This document shows, piece after piece, positions 8,984-18,058 of a DNA stretch of 64,000 nucleotides. The notes under the pieces were generated by a model. The model worked only from the letters and a program-made list of their open reading frames with translations. It was not told the origin of the DNA and ran no database searches. Each line of letters starts with the position of its first letter. Position 1 is the first letter of the stretch. This DNA is from Leptonemataceae bacterium. Its GTDB lineage: Bacteria > Spirochaetota > Leptospiria > Leptospirales > Leptonemataceae. The stretch is from the NCBI GenBank assembly GCA_965227295.1, contig OZ245742.1, positions 5,536,001 through 5,600,000 on the forward strand. The letters are read 5' to 3'. Position numbers and translations under genes: made by a program.

Positions 8984-10299
8984 GCGGCGTCCTCCACGAG
9001 GGGCAGAAAGATCTCAGCATTCACGATCTCGCTGTCACCGTCCGCTTCGGTATGGATCGAAAACAGGCCGCCGTATTTTTTAACGGTGTAGTCTACGACC
9101 ATGAGACCAAGACCGAAATTGAAGGCCCGGGGATCGACCCCTCCTTCCGGAGGAACACGCAGTCGAAAGAAGGGCTCGGTCACCAGGTGCGCCCGGTCCG
9201 CGGGCACTCCCTCGCCCGGACGCACACGATTGCGCACGACAATAAAAGCATAACCGCTCGTAGCTCCCGCCACCGCCTCCACGGAACTTTCCGGCAGACC
9301 GTAGTGATGTGCGTTTAACAGTAACTCTTCGAGGATTAAGGACAAACCCCGGCGATCGACGCGGACGGTGAACTCTTCACCCGGCGTGGCCATCGAAAAA
9401 CGCAGGTCCCGCGCGGCGTAGGCGTCCCGGAGCGGAGCCTGCACCGATTCAATGAGTTCGAAAATACCGTCGCGGTGCAAAAGAGATACTTCCGGCGTAC
9501 GATCGACGATTTCCAGGACCCGGTCCAGGCCGCCGAGCACCCCTTCCACCGAGGGCAGATTATCGAACAACATCTGCGTGACCACGGGATCAACATTGCA
9601 GATGTCCGCCGTTTCTCCGTCCGCGACGGACTCGACCAGAAAATCGATGAGCATGCTCATAGTCCCGATGCCCGCGCCCTGGGACAGAAGGGTGCTCAGG
9701 TTCCGAATGGACTCTCGTTCCAGGGGCACGTCCGCGCGACGCCGATGCACTCCGCCGGTTAACTCCATCAACTGACGACCCAACTTTTCGCGCACGTCGA
9801 CACGCAGGTCGCGCTCCACCGCACGCAGGTGTTGAAACTCAAAGGCCTTCGCGAGGGCCATCTGAAACTGCTCGCGATCCGGCGGCTTTACGACGTAGTC
9901 GAACGCGCCGAGCTTCATGGCGCGGATGACCGCGGCGGGCTCTTCCAGCGCCGTGACAATCAGCACGACGGCGTCCGGGTCTACGGCACGCAAACGTTCA
10001 AGCAACGTAAAGCCGTCCATGATCGGCATGTTCAGATCTACCACGTAGACCTGGGGCCGACGCGAGGCTCGCTCCACATATTCGAGAACGACGCGACCAT
10101 CCGAAAACGTCATAGTGGTAAGGTGGAATTGATTGCAGTATCGCGAAAAGAGGCGTCTTTGTGCTTCGTCGTCCTCTACAATGAGGACCTGGACTTTCGG
10201 TTCATAAGATTTCACGATGATCACGACCGGAGACAGGATGCTTCCTCTTCGCACTCCATAACTCGCCGGGTATCTCGCCAGTATAATTTCAACCGACAC
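8980..10299 (-). CDS. Receiver domain fused to HATPase_c-like domain (paralog of 7715-8983); start uncertain
   Basis: IVEDD, VDLNMPIMDG, AFDYVVKP; ELLLNAHHYG, EPFFR, GLGL; 4-nt overlap with next gene. Confidence 0.85.
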   Translation of the reverse strand: MSVEIILARYPASYGVRRGSILSPVVIIVKSYEPKVQVLIVEDDEAQRRLFSRYCNQFHLTTMTFSDGRVVLEYVERASRRPQVYVVDLNMPIMDGFTLLERLRAVDPDAVVLIVTALEEPAAVIRAMKLGAFDYVVKPPDREQFQMALAKAFEFQHLRAVERDLRVDVREKLGRQLMELTGGVHRRRADVPLERESIRNLSTLLSQGAGIGTMSMLIDFLVESVADGETADICNVDPVVTQMLFDNLPSVEGVLGGLDRVLEIVDRTPEVSLLHRDGIFELIESVQAPLRDAYAARDLRFSMATPGEEFTVRVDRRGLSLILEELLLNAHHYGLPESSVEAVAGATSGYAFIVVRNRVRPGEGVPADRAHLVTEPFFRLRVPPEGGVDPRAFNFGLGLMVVDYTVKKYGGLFSIHTEADGDSEIVNAEIFLPLVEDAA

Positions 10300-10353
10300 G
10301 GCTGTACCGGCGTTAAAAATTCATGAGAGTATGATGAAGCGAATGTTAAAGAA

Positions 10354-12072
10354 TCACAACAATGCACGAACGTCCGCGGACGTATGCGCGGCGCACACCG
10401 AACGCGCGAGTTCTTCGCAGCGCGAGATGTCCAGGTCGCGCAGCGCCGCGAACGAAAAACCCAACGCCGCCGGCGACACGCTGAGATGGCGAATGCCGAG
10501 TCCGATCAGTACGGGGACGAGGTCCGGCCGCGCGGCAATCTCGCCGCAAATCGAAAGCGGAATCGATGTCCGCGACTGAATCATGTCGATCAAACGAAAG
10601 AGGGCGGGCTGATAAAACAACTCTTCCCGGGCGAGGGTATTGTCCCGGTCCAGGCCCAGGGCCAGGCGCGTAAGATCGTTCGAACCGATCGAGAAGAACG
10701 CCGCGTTCGAAGCGAAGACCTCGGCCATCACTGCGGCGGCGGGGGTCTCTAACATCATACCAAGCGGAGTTTCGGGAAGCTGCACACCCGTGTCCCGCAT
10801 GATTTCATGTCGCAGATTACACAGGACTTCGCGCACGGCGGCCATCTCTTCGAAACGAGAAACCACCGGCACCATCAACCGACATAAACCGTTGCCGACC
10901 TTCGCTCGAACACAGGCGTGCAGAATGGCGCGCAACTGAGTTTCGAGGATACCCGGATTCGCCAGCAGAAATCGCACGCCGCGCAGATCGCGATCTTTCA
11001 CCGCCGCCTGGGGCGGATAGGGTTTATCGTCCCCGGCGTCGAGCAGACGCAAGCTCACGCTGCGCCCGCGAAAGCTTTCGAAGATGGAAGCGTACATCTG
11101 GATCTGCGCCTGGAGATCGTTCAAGAGCATCGGCTCTTTTAAGTACAGGAACTCGGTGCGAAACAAACCGACGCCGCTGATCGACGCCAGCCGCGGATCC
11201 TCTTCTTCGAGAATGCCGTCGAGATTGACCCACAACTCCGCGCGGTCCCCCGCGTTGCCCAGGGCGATCGGCGAAACAATCTCGGCCGGGGAAATGTCCC
11301 CCTGGAGATCGTTCAGGCGCAGCCGGAACTCGGCCTCCTCCTCCGGAGAGGGGCGGAGAATCAAACGCGCGTCGCCGTTCGCCGCGTCGAGCAACACCTT
11401 GTCACCGTCGTGAACGTGCTTCAGCAGCCCGTCCACGTGAACCAGAGCCGGGATGCCCCGGGCCTTCGCCAGGATCGCCATGTGACCGGTTACCCCGCCC
11501 TCTTCGGTGGCAATGCCGGCGCAGTTCTTACGCACGTGCAGCATGAGCGACGGCGAAAGATCCTGGGCGACCAGGATGGAGTCCGGCGGCAGGTTTTTGA
11601 GACCGGGGATGCGCACGTCGCCCTCGGCCACGCCCATGAGGTTCGAAAGAATGCGATTCGACATGTCTTCCAGATCCGCGGCCCGCTCGCGAAACACCGG
11701 ATTCTTAGCTTTTAGCAAAAATTCCTTAAGATGCGCCGTTTCCTCGGCCAGGGCCCACTCGGCGTTCATTTTGCGTGAGCGGATCTTTTCCCAGGACTCG
11801 TCGATGAGCATGGGATCTTCCAGGAGCAGCAGTTGTGCCTCGAAGATGGCCTCGATGTCGCCGCCGAGATTGCCGTCGCCGATGAGCTTCTGCATCTGGT
11901 CGCGGCTGCGGGCAATGGCTTCTTTGAAACGCTTCAGCTCCGGCCCCACCTCCTGCGGCATGAGTTCCCGGTGCGGCACCGAACTGGCGACACTCTCCAG
12001 GACATAGACCCGCCCCAGGGCCTGGCCCTCGGAGGCGGCAATGCCGGTCAATTCTAACGAAACTTGCGACAT
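10354..12072 (-). CDS. ptsI: Phosphoenolpyruvate-protein phosphotransferase (PTS enzyme I)
   Basis: GGVTGHMAILA phospho-His motif, GVGLFRTEF, MLETP, FFSIGSNDL, ICGE. Confidence 0.9.
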   Translation of the reverse strand: MSQVSLELTGIAASEGQALGRVYVLESVASSVPHRELMPQEVGPELKRFKEAIARSRDQMQKLIGDGNLGGDIEAIFEAQLLLLEDPMLIDESWEKIRSRKMNAEWALAEETAHLKEFLLKAKNPVFRERAADLEDMSNRILSNLMGVAEGDVRIPGLKNLPPDSILVAQDLSPSLMLHVRKNCAGIATEEGGVTGHMAILAKARGIPALVHVDGLLKHVHDGDKVLLDAANGDARLILRPSPEEEAEFRLRLNDLQGDISPAEIVSPIALGNAGDRAELWVNLDGILEEEDPRLASISGVGLFRTEFLYLKEPMLLNDLQAQIQMYASIFESFRGRSVSLRLLDAGDDKPYPPQAAVKDRDLRGVRFLLANPGILETQLRAILHACVRAKVGNGLCRLMVPVVSRFEEMAAVREVLCNLRHEIMRDTGVQLPETPLGMMLETPAAAVMAEVFASNAAFFSIGSNDLTRLALGLDRDNTLAREELFYQPALFRLIDMIQSRTSIPLSICGEIAARPDLVPVLIGLGIRHLSVSPAALGFSFAALRDLDISRCEELARSVCAAHTSADVRALL

Positions 12073-12237
12073 ACTTACGGAACGATCCGGGCATTTGGAT
12101 CGTCTCATAAAGCAGACTGCGCGGGACTGTCGCATGTATAGTACTTTTGCGCTGGACGGGGCGGCAAAAACGGGCGCGCGACATAATTTTCGCTTGTACT
12201 ATCCCAAATCTTCCTTAATAACGACGGGATAATCACC

Positions 12238-12347
12238 TAACTCCGAGGACCGAGAAGCCGAGGTTTCAGGAGAGCGGTCGTAGCCGGAACGCGTGCAGGC
12301 TGCGCTCGCCCTCACATCTTTACTCGGATCCTCGGTCCTCGGAGTTA
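12238..12347. repeat. 110-nt hairpin with perfect 17-bp terminal inverted repeat upstream of fliI
   Basis: taactccgaggaccgag (12238-12254) / ctcggtcctcggagtta (12331-12347) plus inner pairings. Confidence 0.85.
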
Positions 12348-12357
12348 TCTTTAAAGA

Positions 12358-13737
12358 ATGGCCGAAGAACGCGCAAAGACTCAGGTCCTCCAGAAGTACC
12401 ACGATCTGCTCAGCGGCATGGACCCCATGCGGCCCATGGGCAAGGTCGTGCAAATCGCCGGCATGTCTATCATCAGTGACGGGCCGCCGGAGGCGTGCAT
12501 CGGCGATCTCTGTCGCGTGGAACTGGGCCACCGCCGCGGCCGCCCCGCGCCGGATCAGAAAGAGTACCTCGACTGCGAGGTCATCGGCTTCCAGGGCCAT
12601 CGCCTGGTGCTCACGCCCCTCGGCCCCACGGCCGGCGTCTTCCCGGACGCCATGGTCTTCGGCACCGGCCGTCGTCTCACGATCTCCGTCACCGACGATC
12701 TCCTGGGCCGCATCCTGGACGGCCTCGGACGACCACTGGACAATCGCCAGCCCGTCATCTCCACCGACAACCGTTCCCTCGATCGCGATCCGCCGCCGCC
12801 GACCTCCCGCGAACCCATCCGCAATCCCGTGGAAACCGGCGTAAGAGCTATCGATGGTATGTTAACGGTGGGCGCCGGTCAGCGTCTGGGAATCTTTGCC
12901 GGCACCGGCGTCGGTAAGTCGACGTTGCTCGGCATGATTGCGCGTTACACCCGCGCCGACGTGAACGTGATCTGCCTGGTGGGGGAACGCGGTCGTGAAG
13001 TGCGCGAGTTCCTGGAAAACGATCTCGGCCAGGAAGGCCTGAAAAAGAGCGTCGTTTTCGCGGCGACCTCGGATCGCGCGGCCATGGAAAAGGTCTACGC
13101 CGCCGGTTTCGCCACCAGCGTGGCCGAATACTTCCGCGATCAGGGCCTGCACGTTAACTTATACATGGATTCCCTTACGCGTTATTGCATGGCGCTGCGG
13201 GAGATCGGACTGGCCGCCGGCGATCCCGTGGGCATCGGCGGTTATCCGCCCGGTGTCTGGTATCGTTTGTCGCGCCTGGTGGAACGCGCCGGCGCGAATC
13301 AGCACGGGAGCATCACCGGTTTTTATACGGTCCTGGTCGAAGCCGACGACCTCAACGATCCCGTCGCCGACAACGCCCGCGGGATTCTGGACGGCCACTT
13401 TGTGTTGTCGCGGCGCCTGGCCCAGCGCGGTCACTATCCTTCGATTGAAATCACCGAATCGATTTCCCGGGTCATGGACAAGGTTATTTCCAGCGATCAT
13501 TTAACCGACGCCCAACGCCTGCGCACGATTCTTTCGGCCTATCGCGAGAACGAGGAGCTGATCAATCTCGGCGCTTACGCCCGCGGCTCCAACCCGGACG
13601 TGGACGAGGCCCTGGAAAAGATGGATCGCATCAATCGCTTCTTGCGCCAGGGCGTCGAAGAGAGCACGCGTTTGCCGAATACCGTGAAAGCGCTGCACGA
13701 TCTCGCCGCGGGCCGCGAACAGGAGGAGTTTTACTGA
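12358..13737 (+). CDS. fliI: Flagellar export ATPase FliI
   Basis: GQRLGIFAGTGVGKSTLLGMIA, GERGREVREF, MDSLTR, LDGHFVLSRRLA..GHYP; followed by fliJ. Confidence 0.95.
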   Translation: MAEERAKTQVLQKYHDLLSGMDPMRPMGKVVQIAGMSIISDGPPEACIGDLCRVELGHRRGRPAPDQKEYLDCEVIGFQGHRLVLTPLGPTAGVFPDAMVFGTGRRLTISVTDDLLGRILDGLGRPLDNRQPVISTDNRSLDRDPPPPTSREPIRNPVETGVRAIDGMLTVGAGQRLGIFAGTGVGKSTLLGMIARYTRADVNVICLVGERGREVREFLENDLGQEGLKKSVVFAATSDRAAMEKVYAAGFATSVAEYFRDQGLHVNLYMDSLTRYCMALREIGLAAGDPVGIGGYPPGVWYRLSRLVERAGANQHGSITGFYTVLVEADDLNDPVADNARGILDGHFVLSRRLAQRGHYPSIEITESISRVMDKVISSDHLTDAQRLRTILSAYRENEELINLGAYARGSNPDVDEALEKMDRINRFLRQGVEESTRLPNTVKALHDLAAGREQEEFY

Positions 13738-13816
13738 TGGGCGCTAAGTTTTACGTGGATGATCTTACCGAAATTTCGGTGCCGTCCGGAGAAGGTAGTA
13801 GCAGGGATCTTTTTTT

Positions 13817-14047
13817 GGGCGTGCCCCTCGCTGCGCTCGGGTCGGGCTCTCCAGGGCTCCGCTTCGCTCCGGTCCTTCGGACTCGCGCTGACGCGCGACC
13901 CTTCCGATCCCTCACGCAAGAGCTGCGACTCACAACTCTTGCGCCAGGGATGCGCAGGGTGGCCGAAGGCCAGTCCGCGCGAAGCGCGGACCGAAGCGAA
14001 CGCGGAGCCCGTAGCAGCCCGACCGGCGCGAAGCGCCGGGGGCGCCC
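13817..14047. repeat. ~230-nt imperfect palindrome (REPIN/MITE-like) between fliI and fliJ
   Basis: Left arm ggtcgggctctccagggctccgcttcgctccggtcc...atccctcacgcaagag is the near reverse complement of the right arm ctcttgcgccagggat...ggaccgaagcgaacgcggagcccgtagcagcccgacc. Confidence 0.85.
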
Positions 14048-14101
14048 GAACTGTTACTCGATGTTCATTAAGATTCGCGGACAGTTCTCGATAAACTAAA
14101 G

Positions 14102-14737
14102 ATGGCCCTCAAGAAATTCACATTCAAGCTCGATCCGCTGCTGCGCGTGCGCAAGATCGAAGAGAACCGGGCCCTGGCGGAGCTGGCAAAGGTCATGCTG
14201 CGCGTGAACGCCCAGGAAAGCGCGCGCACCGAGGCCATGCGCCTGTTCGAAGAAGAGATCGATCGCTTCGAACGCGAACAACGGGACAATCCGCGCTTTG
14301 ATCTTACGACCTGGCAGATCTACGATCGCTACTTAGAGCGCCTGGACAACGAGGCCGTGGAGGCCGCGAAGAAACTCGAAGAGATCCGCCCCGAGATGGA
14401 AGCGGAGATGGCCAAAGTCATGGAGGCGCGCCGGCAACGACGCGTCGTGGAAATCATAAAAGAACGAGCCCGCGCGGAGTACGACAAAGAATACCGCAAA
14501 GCGGAACGCCGGGAACTCGAAGAACTCAACCGCCGGAGAAATGTTGGAATCTTCAGGGACGAGTTAACACAAGATGACACCGAACGCAGATCAACAACTG
14601 CAGCTCCGGAGCGGGGCGAATTCTTCGATCCGGACGAATACCACGGCATCGACGAACCCACAACACCAGGCAAAGACCGAGACTACGTTTCCGAGTACTT
14701 TGAAAAAATGGGTCTCGACAAACCTCCGGGCTCGTAG
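14102..14737 (+). CDS. fliJ: Flagellar export protein FliJ with acidic C-terminal extension
   Basis: MALKKFTFKLDPLLRVRKIEE start, coiled coil, position after fliI. Confidence 0.85.
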   Translation: MALKKFTFKLDPLLRVRKIEENRALAELAKVMLRVNAQESARTEAMRLFEEEIDRFEREQRDNPRFDLTTWQIYDRYLERLDNEAVEAAKKLEEIRPEMEAEMAKVMEARRQRRVVEIIKERARAEYDKEYRKAERRELEELNRRRNVGIFRDELTQDDTERRSTTAAPERGEFFDPDEYHGIDEPTTPGKDRDYVSEYFEKMGLDKPPGS

Positions 14738-15047
14738 CGCCGACGCGTCGGGCGCTCTGGAAAAAAACGCTCAGCGCATTAAGGGCCTCACCGAGAATCT
14801 AAAAGAGAACGTTTTTGAAAAGATCATGCGCCCGTTTCAGACGGCGTTGGGCGGCGAAGAATCTCCGCGCACGAAACAGCACGAAATCGGCCGTGCCCGC
14901 GGCGATCTGCGGGGCTTCGAGATGAACATCGCGGACCTGAACCGGCGCATCGCGCACCTGGAACGCATCGCCGATCGCTGGCGCGAGGCGTCGCACGTCG
15001 TCGAAGATCGCGACGACCGCAGCGGCGGCTTCGATCACAGCGTCTAA
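14574..15047 (+). CDS. Hypothetical coiled-coil protein; start uncertain, overlaps fliJ
   Basis: Open frame fills the fliJ-flbB gap with GC-rich third positions in its 3' half. Confidence 0.5.
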   Translation: MTPNADQQLQLRSGANSSIRTNTTASTNPQHQAKTETTFPSTLKKWVSTNLRARSADASGALEKNAQRIKGLTENLKENVFEKIMRPFQTALGGEESPRTKQHEIGRARGDLRGFEMNIADLNRRIAHLERIADRWREASHVVEDRDDRSGGFDHSV

Positions 15048-15087
15048 CGCAAATATCTTTTGAAACAAACTTAACGCAGGAATCACA

Positions 15088-15810
15088 ATGGGCAATTTAT
15101 CGGATAAGTTCAAGATCGGCTACTTAAGCATAGTCATCCTCTTCGCGCTGAGCGTACTGGTGTATCTGCTCGACACCTGGGGCGTCATCAATCTCGAAGA
15201 GTACGTCCCCCTGCTCTCGGAGGAGGCGCCGGTGGTCCCGGAGTCCACGGACGATCCGACGTTGCTCGAATGGGAACGCCTGGAAAAAGAAGAAGCCCGC
15301 ATCGAAGAAGAACGCCTGAAGCTCGAAGAAGAGCGCCTGAAGCTTAAGGAAATGCTCGCGGACATCGAGGCCAAAGAAGGCGAACTCGCCGGCCGGGAGT
15401 CGAGCTTAACGGAAGCTCGCACACAGTTTACGGAAGAACAACAGGCCCAGTTTAAGCGCAACGAAATGATCGCCGACATGGCCACGCGCATGACCAACAT
15501 GCCGCCCCAGGACGCCGTCGCCATCATGGCCGGCTTTTCGAATACCGACCTCGTGGACGTCCTGCTGCAAATGGAAGAAAACGCCGTGCAGGCCGGTCAG
15601 CAATCCATCGTACCGTTCTTGATGACCCTGTTGCCGCGAGACCGCGCGGCGCTTGTGGGCACATTGATGATGGACGAGCAGGCGCGCCGTTTGCCGGAGA
15701 CGGGCGGCTTCGCGGATGAAGACCTGCCGCCGGAAGACGCGGAGGATGCGAACGGCGCGGCCGTCGGCGGCGGGGAGGATGACGGCGGGGCGGAGGATGG
15801 CGCTAACTAA
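15088..15810 (+). CDS. flbB: Periplasmic flagellar collar protein FlbB-like
   Basis: N-terminal TM, coiled coil, MPPQDAVAIM...LVDVL...SIVPFLMTLLP..RAA; fliI-fliJ context typical of spirochaetes. Confidence 0.75.
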   Translation: MGNLSDKFKIGYLSIVILFALSVLVYLLDTWGVINLEEYVPLLSEEAPVVPESTDDPTLLEWERLEKEEARIEEERLKLEEERLKLKEMLADIEAKEGELAGRESSLTEARTQFTEEQQAQFKRNEMIADMATRMTNMPPQDAVAIMAGFSNTDLVDVLLQMEENAVQAGQQSIVPFLMTLLPRDRAALVGTLMMDEQARRLPETGGFADEDLPPEDAEDANGAAVGGGEDDGGAEDGAN

Positions 15811-15909
15811 TGACCATCGCATGTTATACATGATGTGAGCGCCGACGAAAACGAACGCTGGCAAGACCTCCGCGACAGCCGCACCGAAAAGAAGGCGGAT
15901 CAAACAAAG

Positions 15910-16644
15910 CTAAGCCGCAAAGATTCGCCGGCAAACTTCCCGCACGGCCGCATGCATGTCGTCCCAGCCCTGTTCACTCTGAATGTCGATGCCGCCGAAG
16001 AATCGGATCTTCCGACTGCGGATCAAAAGATAGAAGAGCGAACCCGCGAGCATCGGCGCAACGACCAGGCCGACTCGCGTCGCCTCGTCCTTTGAGTCCG
16101 GCTTCGCGTCGTCGACAATGACCCGCATGAGTTCGAGTCCGCGGCGTTCGCGCACCTCTTCGAGGATGGCCGTCAGTTCGTTGCGTTCCACCGTTTCCCG
16201 CGCCATGATTTCCACGGTCTCCGGACGCCGGCGCAACGCCTCGGTAAGATTGTAGAGCACGGTCGCGACGCGATCAGCGAGCGGCAGGGCCTGGATCGAT
16301 TCGAGCAGATCTTGCGGCAAAGACTCGATCGTTTCGTATGTTCGATCATCCGATGCCGGCAAGCCGGCGACGGCCTCGTAAAGATCGGGCCAGAAATCGA
16401 CACCGGCGGCGTACTCCTGGATTACACCCGAGAGTTCGCCGAAGTAGCGATAGATCAGCGTCTTGTTGACCCCGGCCTCCCGGGCCAGGGCATTGACACC
16501 CGGTCGGGCAAAACCGGAGCGGACGAACAATTTTCGAAGGGCCGCGAGAATTTTACGACGGGTCCCTTCACGATCGCGCTGCTTCGGTTCCGTTTTCCGA
16601 TTTGTCGCTTTCCGTTTCTTTGCTGCTTTTCGTTTCTTTGCCAT
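15910..16644 (-). CDS. TetR/AcrR family regulator
   Basis: RDREGTRRKILAA...GVNALAREAGVNKTLIYRYFG HTH. Confidence 0.9.
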   Translation of the reverse strand: MAKKRKAAKKRKATNRKTEPKQRDREGTRRKILAALRKLFVRSGFARPGVNALAREAGVNKTLIYRYFGELSGVIQEYAAGVDFWPDLYEAVAGLPASDDRTYETIESLPQDLLESIQALPLADRVATVLYNLTEALRRRPETVEIMARETVERNELTAILEEVRERRGLELMRVIVDDAKPDSKDEATRVGLVVAPMLAGSLFYLLIRSRKIRFFGGIDIQSEQGWDDMHAAVREVCRRIFAA

Positions 16645-16663
16645 GCCTGCGCGTTGAGCAGGA

Positions 16664-17839
16664 TCAAGATACGAGCATGTCCCGCACTGACCTGCGCGGG
16701 GCCTTGAAGCTTTCGCTTCCGCGCCCGAGCCGCACGATCATCTGCACGCGACCCCGGATTCCGAGCTGTGCATTGAATTCCTTTTGCAGATCGGCCATCT
16801 CCGGGTATTCCTGTAGAACCTGGCTCAGGGGATGCATGCGCAAACCCACGGCGGTCACCGCCAGTTGCAGACGCGCGTAGTCCCGCCCGGTCTTGACCCA
16901 GTCCGTTTGTGTATTGTTTTGCGTTTCGAGATATGCGAAGGCCTTTGAGCTCTCCACGGTCTCCTTCCACGACGTGAGATACATCTGCTTGTTCGATTCG
17001 TCGTGCCACTCCTCTTTGCTGCGACCCACAAAGGTCTGCGCCAGGATTCGTTTGAACGTACTCATGCCGGCCGTGCGCCAGGAAATCCCATCGCGCTTCT
17101 CGTAGATTTCCTCGTCGTTGTAGCGAAACCAGATGCGACTTTCTTCGTAGGTATCATGCGTAAGAACTTCAATCTGCATCCCTTTATCGAAGATGTCGTG
17201 CAGACTCTTGAGTTCAGCCGGCGTATTCACGGTCTTCAGTTGCGCATGCGTCGGGCCCATGAGTTGCTCGATGCGTGCGAACTCCGCATCCGTAACGTGC
17301 GGTCCGTCATACGGGGTGCGGTCCGTCAGACGCCGTGAGATCTGTTTGTACAGCGGGTCTTTGTCTGTACTGTTCCCGGAAACCAACCGAATGCGCGCCA
17401 CGGGCTTACGTCCGACGTCCCGCAGTGGGTACTCACCCTCGGGGAAATAAGTGACCTCGGCCGTGCTGCCCATCTCTCGCGCGCCGATCGCCAGGTGTTC
17501 GAGGAAGGTCCCGCAGCCGATGTGGATCTGCCGCGCGGGGGGATCCGTTTCGGGCAACAGCCGGTTCTCATCGACGTAAAGCAGTGCTTCAGTATCGCCG
17601 CGCAGTCGAAACTTCCAGGACTGCGTGTTGTGCGGATTCGGCGCGGTAATGCCGCAGTTGATGGCTCGCAGGATGGGCTCCTGCATTCCACTGGCAGCGG
17701 CGTTTTCGAGGGGATCCGCTGCGCCCGAACCAGCCAGACGTCCCCGTCCCGTTGCGCATCCCCCCAGGAAGGCCGGCATGGTGAGCATGGCGCCCGTTGC
17801 CATGGCTCCTTTCAGAAAGGTCTTTCGATTGTATTGCAT
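16664..17839 (-). CDS. Acg-like FMN-binding nitroreductase family protein with Tat-like signal
   Basis: APNPHNTQSWKF, DPPARQIHIGCG, R.TDR..Y, HPLSQVLQE, VRLG; NRKTFLK Tat-like start after GGAGG RBS. Confidence 0.85.
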   Translation of the reverse strand: MQYNRKTFLKGAMATGAMLTMPAFLGGCATGRGRLAGSGAADPLENAAASGMQEPILRAINCGITAPNPHNTQSWKFRLRGDTEALLYVDENRLLPETDPPARQIHIGCGTFLEHLAIGAREMGSTAEVTYFPEGEYPLRDVGRKPVARIRLVSGNSTDKDPLYKQISRRLTDRTPYDGPHVTDAEFARIEQLMGPTHAQLKTVNTPAELKSLHDIFDKGMQIEVLTHDTYEESRIWFRYNDEEIYEKRDGISWRTAGMSTFKRILAQTFVGRSKEEWHDESNKQMYLTSWKETVESSKAFAYLETQNNTQTDWVKTGRDYARLQLAVTAVGLRMHPLSQVLQEYPEMADLQKEFNAQLGIRGRVQMIVRLGRGSESFKAPRRSVRDMLVS

Positions 17840-17871
17840 CTTGTTCCTCCCGGCCCGGCAAACGCGGACCA

Positions 17872-17914
17872 TTTGTATCCGAATGGTTACTTATTGTAAC
17901 CATATGGATACAAA
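17872..17914. promoter_or_regulatory. Large inverted repeat, candidate TetR operator
   Basis: tttgtatccgaatggttac-ttatt-gtaaccatatggatacaaa (17/19 complementary) upstream of the nitroreductase-tetR operon. Confidence 0.7.
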
Positions 17915-18058
17915 ACAAGCCTTTTTTTTTCGGGGGAGGACCGAGACCACAGCATAAGCAATGCCTTCGCATTATTGACAGGCGTTCCGGACCGCGGTTG
18001 GCGGCAAATATGATCCACGCACGCGCGAACATTTTCGAGGATAAGCCAGGCGAACCGA

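Noticed and set aside
10354..12072. Enzyme I as an inactive pseudo-enzyme because the ExNPxLG loop is missing
   Set aside because: Phospho-His, RTE, ETP, NDL and CGE catalytic motifs are retained.
13737..14099. 111-120-aa ORFs between fliI and fliJ
   Set aside because: They run through the palindromic element and have low-information Arg/Ala/Ser composition.
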